Positions 53,637 through 64,000 of a stretch of DNA of 64,000 nt are shown piece by piece. The position numbers were made by a program, and so were the translations under genes. A model generated the notes under the pieces. That model worked only from the letters and a program-made list of their open reading frames with translations, did no database searches and was not told where the DNA came from. This DNA comes from an uncultured Methanosarcinaceae archaeon (GTDB lineage Archaea > Halobacteriota > Methanosarcinia > Methanosarcinales > Methanosarcinaceae). Numbering within the stretch: the stretch's first letter is position 1; the number at the start of each line of letters is the position of its first letter. The DNA lies in contig CAVSHT010000009.1 in assembly GCA_963727895.1 (NCBI GenBank), positions 32,001-96,000 of the forward strand, in the 5' to 3' direction.

Positions 53637-54227
53637 ATGAAAAAACTAGTTGTATTATTGATATTCCTCGTAGCTGTCGTTTTTGCTGCTGGTTGTACGG
53701 AAGAAAGTCAGGAAAATTCTACTGCAAATTTTACTGTCCAGGAAAATTCCACGAATCTTCAGGGAACTCAAGATATAAATGGAACTGTAGAAGCAAATGA
53801 GTCTAAACAGAACACAAGCCTTACAAAAAAGAATGAAAGCAGTGTTCTTCAAGTGACCAGCCTTGAACAAATAAATGCATCCCTTAAACAAGGGCCGGTT
53901 CTTATGAAAATCGGGTCTAAACACTGCGGACCGTGTCAGGCTATGAGGCCCATGCTAAAGGAACTGGCAACGGAATACTCTGGAAGAGCCAATATTGTGT
54001 CCATAGATATAACAGAGAGCCCTGATCTTGCAACCTATTTTAATATAGCATATGTCCCTGATACCACTTTAATCATGGGTATTAAGAACGGAGAATATGT
54101 CTACCTGCAAGAAGACGGACAACTGACTACAGAGCGATTAAAAGCCAGAATTAGAGGACAAATGGAAAAAGAAGTATATGAGGAACGCATTAATCTTGCT
54201 CTTCAGAAGGAAAACAGTACATCATAA
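53637..54227 (+). CDS. Exported lipoprotein thioredoxin
   Basis: Signal peptide with lipobox FAAGC; active site HCGPC; upstream of ccdA. Confidence 0.85.
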   Translation: MKKLVVLLIFLVAVVFAAGCTEESQENSTANFTVQENSTNLQGTQDINGTVEANESKQNTSLTKKNESSVLQVTSLEQINASLKQGPVLMKIGSKHCGPCQAMRPMLKELATEYSGRANIVSIDITESPDLATYFNIAYVPDTTLIMGIKNGEYVYLQEDGQLTTERLKARIRGQMEKEVYEERINLALQKENSTS

Positions 54228-54353
54228 TAAACATAAGCTTTAATGGATAGAATTAATTTCCAGCCCCATATTAAAGAAATAAAAGTTTAGGTTTATAGTA
54301 AACCCTGATTTTCGGAAGAAAAACAATCAGAGAACTACAAAAATGAAAAAACT

Positions 54354-55004
54354 ATGTATCCTGAAGCTATTTCCCCTGTGGCTGCATTTGGAGCCGGAAT
54401 TCTGAGTGTTCTGTCTCCCTGCATCCTTCCTCTTCTACCTGCTGTCCTGGCGACATCCGCAGGAAAAAATAAATTGAGACCTCTTGCGATAGTGCTTGGG
54501 GTCTCAATATCCTTCACCATAATGGGAATAGTAAGTTCTGCCTTTGGAGCAATTTTCACTGCTTACACAGAGCAGTTGAAAATTATTGCAGAGATCTTGA
54601 TTCTCATTATGGGCTTCGCACTATTACTTGACATAAGTCTTTTCAATGCATTTTCAAAGTTTCCCCTTTTAGGAAAAATGAATGAAGAAGGATCGATTTC
54701 AGGCTTCTTGCTTGGCCTTTCCCTCGGTGTTCTCTGGATCCCTTGTGTAGGACCAATTTTAGGCTCTATCCTTACCATGGTAGCTCTGGAAGGGGATGCT
54801 GCTACTGGAGCTCTTACCCTTTCAATTTATTCGCTTGGATTTGCTATACCAATGCTCTTGCTCGCGTACTCGGCTCACTTTACATCTTCTAAAATTCGGG
54901 TTATATCAAAGTGGGATAGAGTTTTCAAAAAAGGAGCAGGAATAGTACTCATTCTAGTCGGGCTTTATATGATATACCAGAATAATCTTCAATTGTTTAT
55001 TTAA
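54354..55004 (+). CDS. ccdA: CcdA/DsbD-beta membrane thiol-disulfide transporter
   Basis: SPCILP and PCVGPILG. Confidence 0.9.
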   Translation: MYPEAISPVAAFGAGILSVLSPCILPLLPAVLATSAGKNKLRPLAIVLGVSISFTIMGIVSSAFGAIFTAYTEQLKIIAEILILIMGFALLLDISLFNAFSKFPLLGKMNEEGSISGFLLGLSLGVLWIPCVGPILGSILTMVALEGDAATGALTLSIYSLGFAIPMLLLAYSAHFTSSKIRVISKWDRVFKKGAGIVLILVGLYMIYQNNLQLFI

Positions 55005-55825
55005 ATAATTCAAATTAGGAGAATTAGAGAAAACAGGGCATAGAAATTAGAACGTATTCTCTATGTCCTAAAATATAATTTATATTTAGGGTCAAAAAAT
55101 ATAAGCAATGAAAATCTTCTTTTCTTATACTCAAGATATTAGTTATCAAGCCTTTTTTATAGCCACTTTTTCCTTTTTTCAAACCTATAATAAAATACAA
55201 TAAGCAAAAAAGACTGAATCTTTGTATTCATATTCTATAAAAATTAGGCATTGTTACTTAACTATAGCTAGTTCTTTATTTCTGTATTTCATCAATAGAA
55301 TAACCGAGTACTTTAGCATTTCAATACTTTTCGTATAACACTTTGTCTTTCTTCTCAACCTTGCCAAAAAGTGCCTCAATATGCTGTTATATCCTTCAAC
55401 AGTATACGTTTCTGCTTTTGATTGAGTATGACTCTTTTCTGGAAGAAACTCTGCATATGCTCTCCAGTGATCGGTCATCACTTCTCCGATCTCTTTTTTC
55501 TTCAATTTTTCCATAGTCGTTTTCCAGTTTCCGTTCCTCTGCTATCAAAAGAGCAGTTGATGAACTTTTTCCCAACTCTATCAACAGCAATCCAGATCCA
55601 GCAATATTTTTTTTGTTACCGATGTAAGTGTACATTTCATCCATTTCAACAATAGATATCTCATTTTCACTTTTTAGGTCCTCTAACTCCTGACCAAATT
55701 TCTTTATCCATCTTTGGACAGAAACATGACTCACCCCTAAAACGCACATGCTTTTCTTCGAATAACAAGCACAACTAATGAAAGTACTCTCCGTTCTTTT
55801 TTTTGACTATTAAGCCCTCATTACC

Positions 55826-55959
55826 TTGGGCAGTAAGGTTGTCTCGATTTTGGTTTTTCAAAACCGTCCTAAAACTAATCAGTGAATTGCCATCGAAGGC
55901 TCAAGTGTGACTTTGATCACGGATGCTAAATTGGCCTTTTAGGCAATTCCACTGCCCAA
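55826..55959 (+). ncRNA. Candidate bridge RNA core of the IS110 element
   Basis: Outer stem ttgggcagt/actgcccaa enclosing two stem-internal loop-stem arms whose loops match junction sequences. Confidence 0.6.
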
Positions 55960-55978
55960 ATAAATTTGGTGATCTAAT

Positions 55979-57223
55979 TTGATTGAAGTCATAAACAAAG
56001 CTTGTGGTTTAGACATTCACAAACTCTTTTTCATTGCTACAATTCTCAGTAGATCTGGTGAAAAACAACAGCAACGTTTCAACAGAGATGATGAAGGAAT
56101 TTTAGCCCTTAAAAATTGGGTAATATCAGAAAAATGTGATGTTGTTGCATGTGAATCAACCAGCGAATTTTAGGTTCCGATTCATGATTCATTGGTAAAG
56201 CATCTAACTGTGATAGTTGGAAATGCGCGAGATATGAAGGTATTTACCCATACAAAAACAGATAAGATTGACTCAGAAGTCATTGCACAACTTGCACTTA
56301 ATAATATGATTCAGCCATCAAGAGTTTTTCCAAAGGATCATATAGATTTTAGATCATATGTTCGACTTCGGTTAACACTTGTACAAAAAAGAACAGATTT
56401 AAAAAATAAAGCTCACTCAATTCTTGCATCTGAAATGCTACACCTGAATAATGTTCTGACAGACGTTTTTGGCAAGAATGACAGAATGATCTTATTAGGA
56501 ATCTCTTCAGGTAAGAGTGTTGATCAGATTATTGCAAGCCTCTCTCCAAATGTTCGGAAAAAAGCTGCTCAGATAAGAGAAATTCTTGATCGAGAAATTT
56601 CTCAAAGTGCTGCATTTAGACTTCAGATCTGTCTGATACTCATAAAAAGTCTTGATGATGAACTCGAAGCTTTAGAAACAGAAATTTTCAATTATGCTTC
56701 TCGAAATCATAAGCGAGAAATGGAGATTTTAATGTCAGTTCCAGGTATAGGGGAACTTGGTGCGGCAATTTTACTTGCTGAAATAGGCAACTTTAAGGAT
56801 TTTTCTTCTGGAAATAAGCTTGCTTCTTGGCTTGGTCTAGTTCCTAATGTGTATCAATCTGCAGATAAATACTATAACGGCAGAATCACAAAGAGGGGAT
56901 CAAAAGTAGCAAGGTGGATTCTGACACAGATTGCTCAAGCAGCAGCAAGAAAGAAGAATAGCAGGTTAAAAGAGTTTTTTAACAGAAAAAAGAAGTCGAT
57001 TGGAAATGCAAAAGCAATTATTGCCTTAGCAAGGAAAATTGCAACGATACTATGGCATCTTATTACAAACGATGAGATGGACGAAGATGAAACCGGATAT
57101 CAAAAGGGAGAAATCCAAAAGAGAAAGATTATTGAAACTGAGATTTTTTCGGTTGATGAACTGATTAAAATAATTAGTGAAATATTTACGATTATGGGGA
57201 AAAAGAATCAAGAGAGCACGTGA
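55979..57223 (+). CDS. IS110 DEDD recombinase with an in-frame TAG at 56171-56173
   Basis: GLDIHK, CESTS, KTDKID, SVPGIG, GLVP...QSA...ITKRGS, ALARK; the two track ORFs are in one frame. Confidence 0.9.
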
Positions 57224-57768
57224 GGATAATCTCCTCATGTACTTTCATGCTAAAATCTTCCTATTGAACGAAAGCCTAATCCTTCAAGGTAAAGTTGTAA
57301 AGCCTGTCTTTTTACAGAGGCGGAAAAAGCAGTTGATTTTAGCTTTACTGTATAGTTATATCCACAATCATGGCATTTGTAGCGTTGACGCCCACCAACT
57401 ATACCGTTCTTTTTGTGACTGGAACTATTGCATATGGGGCAGTTCATGAAGAAATATATGTTATAAGCATATATATCTATTTTTGATTACCGATGCCAAA
57501 AATCATTGTAAAAATTTATAAATCATATATTGGAATACTAAAATAGTTTGTGGAGAATGTAAGATTGAAAAGAAGCTTTATAGAAACATCTCTTGATGGT
57601 TATTTAATTGAAATTACGTTTGAGTTTTTAATTCTAGTAGATATTTTCGTAAATGTTGAGAATTCCACAAATCCAATTTTTAGAGATAAATAACCAGAAA
57701 AATTGAAAAATTGAAGTGAACTGAAAATAAAAACAGAATCTATGTAGGGAAAGAAAAGATAGAAAGTG

Positions 57769-58500
57769 TTATTCTTCACTTTCTCTTGCGATTGCAACAA
57801 GCTCATTCACACATGCAACAGCCATTGGAGTTCCGCCTCTTGTCCCCACACAGCTAATAGAAGGCACAGGGATTTCCAGACTTCTGACTATTTCCTTGGA
57901 TTCGGCTGCATTTACGAAGCCTACCGGAAGCCCAATAATAAGGGCCGGTCTCACGCCTTTTTCGATAAGTTTGCAGACCATAATAAGGGCAGAAGGCGCA
58001 TTTCCTATTGCAATAATACTTCCATCCAGTCGATCTCGAGAAGCAAGGAAGCCTGCTGATGTACGTGTAATTCCGTACTTGTTAGCAATTTCAGCATTAG
58101 GATCTTCATCGAGCACACAAATAATTTCGGATTTATGCCCTGCCTTCGTAATTCCGGCTTTTACCATATTAATGTCCACGAAAATCGGAGCGCCTTTTTT
58201 AATTGCTTCTACTCCTGCAGGAATAGGATTATGCATAAAGCGCATTATTTCAGCTACAGAAAGGTCTCCAGTAGCAATTACACAACGCTGGCGGAAACGA
58301 TCTTCAGGTGTTTTGTTCCCAATAATTTCTTGAATCATTGTCCGACTTTTCATGTAGATAGCTTTAGCTTCTTCAGTTCTTGCTCCAGAATCCTTACAAA
58401 TACTTACAAGTTCAGGATTGACATCAACTGTAAGCTCTGTAAACTCTTCAAGATTTTCGATGTTTACAGGCTTCTCATTATCATTCTGTTCAGTAGTCAT
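57769..58500 (-). CDS. cbiC: Cobalt-precorrin-8 methylmutase
   Basis: DINMV.AGI, TRT, IGNAPSAL, GLPVGFV.AAESK, RGG. Confidence 0.92.
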   Translation of the reverse strand: MTTEQNDNEKPVNIENLEEFTELTVDVNPELVSICKDSGARTEEAKAIYMKSRTMIQEIIGNKTPEDRFRQRCVIATGDLSVAEIMRFMHNPIPAGVEAIKKGAPIFVDINMVKAGITKAGHKSEIICVLDEDPNAEIANKYGITRTSAGFLASRDRLDGSIIAIGNAPSALIMVCKLIEKGVRPALIIGLPVGFVNAAESKEIVRSLEIPVPSISCVGTRGGTPMAVACVNELVAIARESEE

Positions 58501-59290
58501 ACTTTTTTTGATACCCCCTGGGAGTGATTATGAAATCCTTCTTTTGAGAATTCCAGATTCTAGAATCTCCATTTCCAATAAGGATCGTAGTACTCATATC
58601 TACCCAATCTTCGTATTCCATAACTTTTCCTAGAGTTGTTACGATCCTGTTTTCACCTTCACCTCTGAGAGCATTTTTCACAAGCCCTACAGGTACTGAA
58701 TCTGCTTTGTACTGACGAATAATTTCTATAGCTCTGAAAAAATTGGACTGTCTCTTGCGGCTCTTCGGATTGTAAAGAGCCATTACGAAATCAGCTTCTG
58801 CAGCAAGATTGAGACGTTTTTCAATAACATCCCAGGGAGTGAGGAGGTCGCTCAGGCTGATAACTGCAAAGTCCGTTACAACAGGTGCGCCAAGCATGCT
58901 TGCACCGGCCAAAATTGCCGTAACTCCTGGAAGAACCTCTATATCAACTTCAAGTCCTTCATGTTCAGCAACCTCAAGCACAATGCCTGCCATGCCATAT
59001 ACATTTGTGTCCCCGCCGCTGACCATGGCAACATTTGCAACTTTTGCAAGCTCCACAGCCTTTCTTGCTCTATCCACCTCTTTACCCATATAACTTCTAA
59101 TAACTTCTTGAGTTCCAAGGAGGCTTGCTATCTGGTCCAGGTAAGTCCCGTTTCCGAGCACATAATCGGCTTTAAGGATTACATCTCTGGCTTTAATCGT
59201 CATCTGTTCTACAGATCCCGGCCCGATGCCTACGATGTAAAGTTTTCCTCCGGTTTCTTTATTTTGCGATTGCGATTGTGACTCTACCAT
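58490..59290 (-). CDS. cbiH: Cobalt-precorrin-3B C17-methyltransferase
   Basis: VGIGPG, VSGGD..VYGMA, ISLSDLLTPW, YNP, TPRGY. Confidence 0.92.
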   Translation of the reverse strand: MVESQSQSQNKETGGKLYIVGIGPGSVEQMTIKARDVILKADYVLGNGTYLDQIASLLGTQEVIRSYMGKEVDRARKAVELAKVANVAMVSGGDTNVYGMAGIVLEVAEHEGLEVDIEVLPGVTAILAGASMLGAPVVTDFAVISLSDLLTPWDVIEKRLNLAAEADFVMALYNPKSRKRQSNFFRAIEIIRQYKADSVPVGLVKNALRGEGENRIVTTLGKVMEYEDWVDMSTTILIGNGDSRIWNSQKKDFIITPRGYQKKYDY

Positions 59291-59612
59291 AGATTTTCTT
59301 CCTGCAAATTAATTGTTTTTCTTCTGAAAGGGCGAGAGCTGCAGGTTCTGCAACTCCTTTTAATCCAAAACGGGAAGCCTGAGATGATGAAGGGGGATTA
59401 TATTTGTTTAACGTTTCATCCGGCAAAAAATCTAATGGAATGCCAAGCATCTCTCCTGCCTCCAGAAGCCCTTTTTCATTTTCTTTAAGTCTCGTAGAAG
59501 CTAAAGCCGTAACTTCCTTCAGGCTCAGACCACACTCGTCAAGAGCCTGGTTTACGGCTTCAATGACCTCTTCTTTTGTAATGCCCCTACGAGTTCCAAT
59601 TCCAATTATCAT
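59259..59612 (-). CDS. cbiG: CbiG C-terminal domain protein
   Basis: IGIGTRRG, GVAEPAAL, VTIAIA. Confidence 0.88.
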   Translation of the reverse strand: MIIGIGTRRGITKEEVIEAVNQALDECGLSLKEVTALASTRLKENEKGLLEAGEMLGIPLDFLPDETLNKYNPPSSSQASRFGLKGVAEPAALALSEEKQLICRKKIYGRVTIAIAK

Positions 59613-59676
59613 CCGTTATCGTCTCTGATTCTTAACACATTCCATTGTCAGGTTAATTAGCGTAAGTGCTGATAAG

Positions 59677-60261
59677 TTAATTTTCAGCTCTATTGGTGTT
59701 AATTTTACTATCATCTTTCACTTCTTCATTTTCCTGACGTTTTCTTACGAGCACGGATACATCTTCATCTACAACAATAATTTTAGGTCCTTTAACCTCA
59801 AGAACTTCGATTTCCTGATCAAGGAGTGCGCAATTTACAACTACAGTGGATTCTTTGTTGAAGATACTGCAGCCTAACTTATCAGCAATACCTTCTACTG
59901 AGGGTTTACCATGAACTTCAGTCGCTGTTGTAAGCACAGGAACTGCTCCAAGATCAGAAAGTTTCCGGGCAATTTCATTTGCACCGTGATGTCCTCCAAG
60001 CAGAGGAATTGCGAAATTCAAGTTTGAATCTACTACAACCACGGCAGGATCAGACCATTTATTATCAAGAAGAGGAGCAATATCTCTAACCACAATGCCT
60101 GTGGCAAAGACTGCAATTATTGCCCCATAGCTTTTAAAAGCCTTTTCGAATATTCCCTTTTTGTAAAGAAGCAAGTCTGCGTTCAGATGTTCTGCTATCC
60201 TTGACGCAATATCCTGATTTCTCTCAAAAGTAATTACAACGGCTCCTGAGCTACTCCGTAT
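59677..60261 (-). CDS. cbiG: CbiG N-terminal domain protein (start uncertain: ATA at 60261 or TTG at 60174)
   Basis: ATGIVVR.IAP...[21 protein letters not shown]. Confidence 0.85.
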   Translation of the reverse strand: MRSSSGAVVITFERNQDIASRIAEHLNADLLLYKKGIFEKAFKSYGAIIAVFATGIVVRDIAPLLDNKWSDPAVVVVDSNLNFAIPLLGGHHGANEIARKLSDLGAVPVLTTATEVHGKPSVEGIADKLGCSIFNKESTVVVNCALLDQEIEVLEVKGPKIIVVDEDVSVLVRKRQENEEVKDDSKINTNRAEN

Positions 60262-60962
60262 AAATAGGACCTCCTGTAGTTTTTAGGGTCAACAACCCCA
60301 CCGATAATGATCATTGCTGAACGTGTAATTCCTGCATCTTTTACCTTATCTGCAATATCTTCCACAGTTCCGGTGATGACTTCCTCATCTTCCCAGGATG
60401 CATGAAACACTACTGCTACAGGCGTATCCTTAGAGCAGTGAACCTTTTCCATAATTTCTCTGATTTTCTGCGTGCCAAGGAAAATCGCCATAGTAGTATT
60501 GTAGGCAGAAAGCTCGGGAATAAGGTCTTTTTCCAGCGTTTTTCCTGCAGGACGGGTAATAATGAGAGTTTCTGAAACGCCATTAAGCGTCAACTGTGTA
60601 CCGAGAGCAGCAGCGCTTGCAAAAACCGATGAGACTCCGGCAACTCTTTCGACTTCGATATTGTACTTTCTAAGTTCTTCCATTTGTTCTATGACGGAAC
60701 CATATAGAGACGGGTCTCCACTGTGTAGACGAACAACGAATTTTCCTGCATCTACAGCATCTGCAATTATTTTAGTAGTTTCATAGAGAGTTAACCCATA
60801 ACTGTCCACTGTTTCTCCCTTAGTGTAACTAAGTACCTCAGGATTTACTAGAGAGCCTGCGTACATTACAAGGTCAGCTTTTTCAAGCATTTCACGCCCA
60901 AGTACGGTAATAAGTTTAGGATTTCCTGGACCTGCTCCCACAAAATACACTTTTCTTTCCAT
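60234..60962 (-). CDS. cbiF: Cobalt-precorrin-4 C11-methyltransferase
   Basis: [24 protein letters not shown]; start moved to ATG at 60962. Confidence 0.92.
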   Translation of the reverse strand: MERKVYFVGAGPGNPKLITVLGREMLEKADLVMYAGSLVNPEVLSYTKGETVDSYGLTLYETTKIIADAVDAGKFVVRLHSGDPSLYGSVIEQMEELRKYNIEVERVAGVSSVFASAAALGTQLTLNGVSETLIITRPAGKTLEKDLIPELSAYNTTMAIFLGTQKIREIMEKVHCSKDTPVAVVFHASWEDEEVITGTVEDIADKVKDAGITRSAMIIIGGVVDPKNYRRSYLYGVAQEPL

Positions 60963-61036
60963 CTGACCATTCCCTTTATTATCGTGATTTGTTTCAAACT
61001 TAGTACTGAGTTCCGAAAATATTACATCGGGTATTT

Positions 61037-61645
61037 TCACTTTTTTCCATAAATAATACTGAAGTAGTTGCCTTTTTCCGGAATTTCGTCCTTGTTCTGA
61101 ATAATAAGCTCGTTGTCCGAAAAGAGTCTTTCTGCAAAGATAAATTCTGTATATCCTTCAGTTTCAAGCTGTTTAACAATGGACTTCGGTTTTGTAGCCT
61201 TCAAGTGAATCTTATATCCGATCTCAGAACCGTCACGGACCTCAAAAGAACTTTCAACTGCAACATCAGTCCTGGCAGCAAAGGAAGTGATAGAACTTAT
61301 GCCAGGCACGGTTGAAACTTCAACATCTGGATAATGTTTACACATCACTTTTTTGAGGTGGGAAAACGTAGAGAAAAAGTTAGGGTCGCCTATGAGCCCA
61401 AAAGCTACTGTGCCTTTTCTTGCCTCTTCTGCCACCCTGTCTGCATTTTCCTTCCAGAGGGAATTGAGAACTTCAATATCTCTGATCATGGGAAACTCAA
61501 GGATTTCAGCATCTGCATAAGGAGCCACAAGATCTTTTGCCATACGGCCTGGCACATATACCTTATCGCTGTTTTTCAAAACGTCCACTGCTTTGAGAGT
61601 CAGAAGTTCAGGGTCTCCAGGACCAAGTCCTACTCCTATTAACAT
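61037..61645 (-). CDS. cbiL: Cobalt-factor II C20-methyltransferase
   Basis: [32 protein letters not shown]. Confidence 0.92.
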   Translation of the reverse strand: MLIGVGLGPGDPELLTLKAVDVLKNSDKVYVPGRMAKDLVAPYADAEILEFPMIRDIEVLNSLWKENADRVAEEARKGTVAFGLIGDPNFFSTFSHLKKVMCKHYPDVEVSTVPGISSITSFAARTDVAVESSFEVRDGSEIGYKIHLKATKPKSIVKQLETEGYTEFIFAERLFSDNELIIQNKDEIPEKGNYFSIIYGKK

Positions 61646-61699
61646 ACTATCGCTCCATTAATTATAAATGTAAAACAGATTTAAATTATAAGATAATTT

Positions 61700-62254
61700 T
61701 CAGTTTTGCTTTTTTCCGACAATGATGTATACAGGGTTTTCAGGTTTGAACATTGTCTCGCCGGCAATCGGGGCACTTCTTGAAACTGAAATATGAATTA
61801 CTTCTTCAAAAATTCCAAGTTTTTTCATTGCCTCTATTGTCCTAACAACCGTTTCTATTCGAACGGCATTTACCACGATACTTCGCGTTTTTTTCGTTAC
61901 AAGTTTTTCAAGTACGGAACCAATATTTTTTGTCCCGCCTACAAAAGCACAGTCAATAATATCTATAAAATTATCATCACTTAGGAGGTCTGAGGCTTCA
62001 CCAGCTAAAATCTTAGCATTTTTTATATTAAAATTTTTAAAATTTGTTTCGGTAGCTGTAAGAGCTTCTTTTCGAGAATCTATAGCATATATGGTTAAAT
62101 TTTGGGCAATCTTTGATGCTTCAATAGATACTGATCCAGTACCGCAACCAACGTCTGCAAACCGATCTCCATCCCGCAGCCCAAGTTTGGAAAGAGATAC
62201 AGCAATGATTTCAGGTTTTGTTGGACCGCCGCTAACACTTACTATTTCGGACAT
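61700..62254 (-). CDS. cbiT: Cobalt-precorrin-6B C15-methyltransferase
   Basis: PTKPEI, DVGCGTGSVSIE, FVGG, NPVYI; start ATG at 62254. Confidence 0.92.
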   Translation of the reverse strand: MSEIVSVSGGPTKPEIIAVSLSKLGLRDGDRFADVGCGTGSVSIEASKIAQNLTIYAIDSRKEALTATETNFKNFNIKNAKILAGEASDLLSDDNFIDIIDCAFVGGTKNIGSVLEKLVTKKTRSIVVNAVRIETVVRTIEAMKKLGIFEEVIHISVSRSAPIAGETMFKPENPVYIIVGKKQN

Positions 62255-62962
62255 GTTTTTCCTCGTGAGAAAAATAAAGCAAATTAACAACCTAAATAAA
62301 TGTACACTGGTATATTTTTAATTTTATATTTGGGCCGTTGTAACATAGGCCAAAAGATACGGGTTATTAAATAATTATATAATGCACATACAAACAATTG
62401 AAATTAGACTTTTTAGATTAACCCGATTATAAATATAATTTGTTATAGATATACCTTATTACCGAGAAGAAGGGCATAATAGGAAAGTAAACTTTCATGA
62501 AAAACTCTATAAAAAGAAGGCAAACCTTCTAAAAGAATACTTGATACTAATTCTGTATATTCTTACTATTAACATAAAATAATCTTTTTTAGAAGTATGG
62601 GACTTTTCTAACGAAAAGGAAGTGGCATCTCCTATCAGTTTTAGTGCGTTAAAATTTAGTAACTATTGTGAATATGGATTAGACCGTTTGGAAGAAAGAG
62701 ATTTTAACTATGACAACATATAATAAATTAATAATTGGTATTCACAGAAGATACCGTTTTGAATAGCAAAGGTAAGTACTCCCAAAATAAATGGTTTTTT
62801 AAACAAGAAGCTGGAGTTCTTATGCCAATTACAACTTAGATTAAATAAAACTGATTTTCTGCTCTGTATACCTGAAATAGATCTTTTTCATAGGAAAACC
62901 CACAACGAAAGTCTGCTTTCTCGATGTAGGTCCCTACAGCCTGAAAAAAGGAGGAATAAGTA

Positions 62963-64000
62963 ATGAAAATTTACGAATCATATGACGATCTGCCCAAACT
63001 AAAGCTGCCTTATGGAAATGACGTATACATAAGTGATAGCACTATCCGTGATGGTTCTCAGATGCCGGGGATAGTTTTGAGCAGAGAACACAAGCTTCAA
63101 ATCTATGAGTATCTGCACGAAATAGGAATTGAAAAATTAGAGGCTTTCGTATTTAACAAAAGGGATAGAGATGCTGTAGATCGAATGTTTGATATTGGAT
63201 ATGAGTCTCCAGAAATTACAGGGTGGGCAAGAGCTTCAAGAGCCGATATAGATAAAATTCTCGAAGTAGATGGGATTAAAGAAACCGGAATTTTGATGTC
63301 TGTATCAGATACGCATATTTTTTCCAAAATGAAGCTCTCAGGCAGAGCAGAAGCCGAAGAGAAATATCTGGATGCCCTTCAATATGCAGTAGATCATGGA
63401 CTTAGAACAAGGGCTCATCTTGAAGATATGACAAGGGCAGATAACTATGGTTTTGTTTTTCCGTTAGTTGAAAAAATTATGGAAATTGATCCTGATTGTA
63501 TTATTCGGGTCTGCGACACTGTTGGATACGGTATGCCCTTCGCCAGTATAGATGAGCCTTATGGAATCCCGAAAATTGTTCAGTATCTCAAAAAAGAGAT
63601 AGGGGTAAAAAATATAGAAACCCATATCCATGATGATTATGGATTTGGGTCAGCAAGTTCTATTGCAGGTTTCTGGCATGGTGCTAATTGGACAAGTGTA
63701 ACTTTTTTGGGTATAGGAGAACGTGCAGGAAATAGCGAGATGGAAAAAATTCTGCTTTTCCTGCAAGATAGAGTAGAGGGCTTTAATAAGTATAACCTTG
63801 AACCGGTTACCCGATTTGCAGCATTCATGGAAAAAGAACTCGGATTACGGGTTCCAAGAAATAAAGCTGTTGTCGGAAAAAATATTTTTGCCCACGAATC
63901 CGGAATACATGCTGCAGGTGTCCTCAAAAATCCTTTTAACTATGAGCCCTACCCTCCAGAACTGGTAGGAGGAAAGCGGTTCTTGCTTATTGGTGACTCT
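62963..64000 (+). CDS. DRE-TIM metallolyase (homocitrate/isopropylmalate/Re-citrate synthase family), runs off the right edge
   Basis: Not in the ORF track. ATG at 62963 after GGAGG; DSTIRDGSQMPG, HIHDDYG, GIGERAGN, FAHESGIH. Confidence 0.88.
   Translation, partial: MKIYESYDDLPKLKLPYGNDVYISDSTIRDGSQMPGIVLSREHKLQIYEYLHEIGIEKLEAFVFNKRDRDAVDRMFDIGYESPEITGWARASRADIDKILEVDGIKETGILMSVSDTHIFSKMKLSGRAEAEEKYLDALQYAVDHGLRTRAHLEDMTRADNYGFVFPLVEKIMEIDPDCIIRVCDTVGYGMPFASIDEPYGIPKIVQYLKKEIGVKNIETHIHDDYGFGSASSIAGFWHGANWTSVTFLGIGERAGNSEMEKILLFLQDRVEGFNKYNLEPVTRFAAFMEKELGLRVPRNKAVVGKNIFAHESGIHAAGVLKNPFNYEPYPPELVGGKRFLLIGDS

Larger units (their letters stand above)
55743..57250 (+). mobile_element. IS110-family element (ends uncertain by a few bp)
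   Basis: Bounded by interrupted IS1 sequence; ~235 bp non-coding left end; 10-bp subterminal inverted repeat atgaaagtac (55778) / gtactttcat (57239). Confidence 0.9.
55247..57497 (-). mobile_element. IS1-family element, copy 4 (full-length type) interrupted by IS110
   Basis: insA 5' part at 57250-57447 continues at 55742 (GRF/LGVSH); TIRs ggcattg/cgatgcc; TSD aaaaatta/aaaaatca. Confidence 0.92.

Overview
AT-rich chromosomal window from a Methanosarcina-type methanogen, inferred from gene content. Left to right: a methanol-methyltransferase cluster (CobW-like GTPase, ramM, mtaA1); a frameshifted P2C-like P-type ATPase; a response regulator and an Msr-like regulator; a six-gene hydrogenase-4-like (Ehr) operon; ABC exporters; a DUF2111-PAS-PAS-GAF sensor; nth; a nickel ECF transporter (nikMNQO); glnA1 and a split, F420-linked glutamate synthase operon; a small defence-like patch (decayed HEPN-motif gene, SEFIR-FGE fusion); fno, hdrC2B2, mrp, trx-ccdA; a cbi operon; and a truncated DRE-TIM synthase. 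Mobile DNA: four IS1-family copies, one IS110 element nested in an IS1, and a ~110 bp MITE. Main observations: (1) the IS110 non-coding end folds into a bridge-RNA-like two-loop structure whose loops match its own target and donor junctions; (2) otherwise in-frame genes carry internal TAG codons (gltB2, hyfB, IS110 transposase) in a lineage that decodes TAG as pyrrolysine; (3) a 2.2 kb glnA1 segment is inverted between two IS1 copies, shown by tspO being split across opposite strands; (4) the Ehr small subunit has lost its canonical Fe-S cysteines. Many single-base frameshifts look like sequencing indels, so pseudogene calls need caution. No rRNA, tRNA or CRISPR array was seen. All family assignments are from motif recognition, not database searches.
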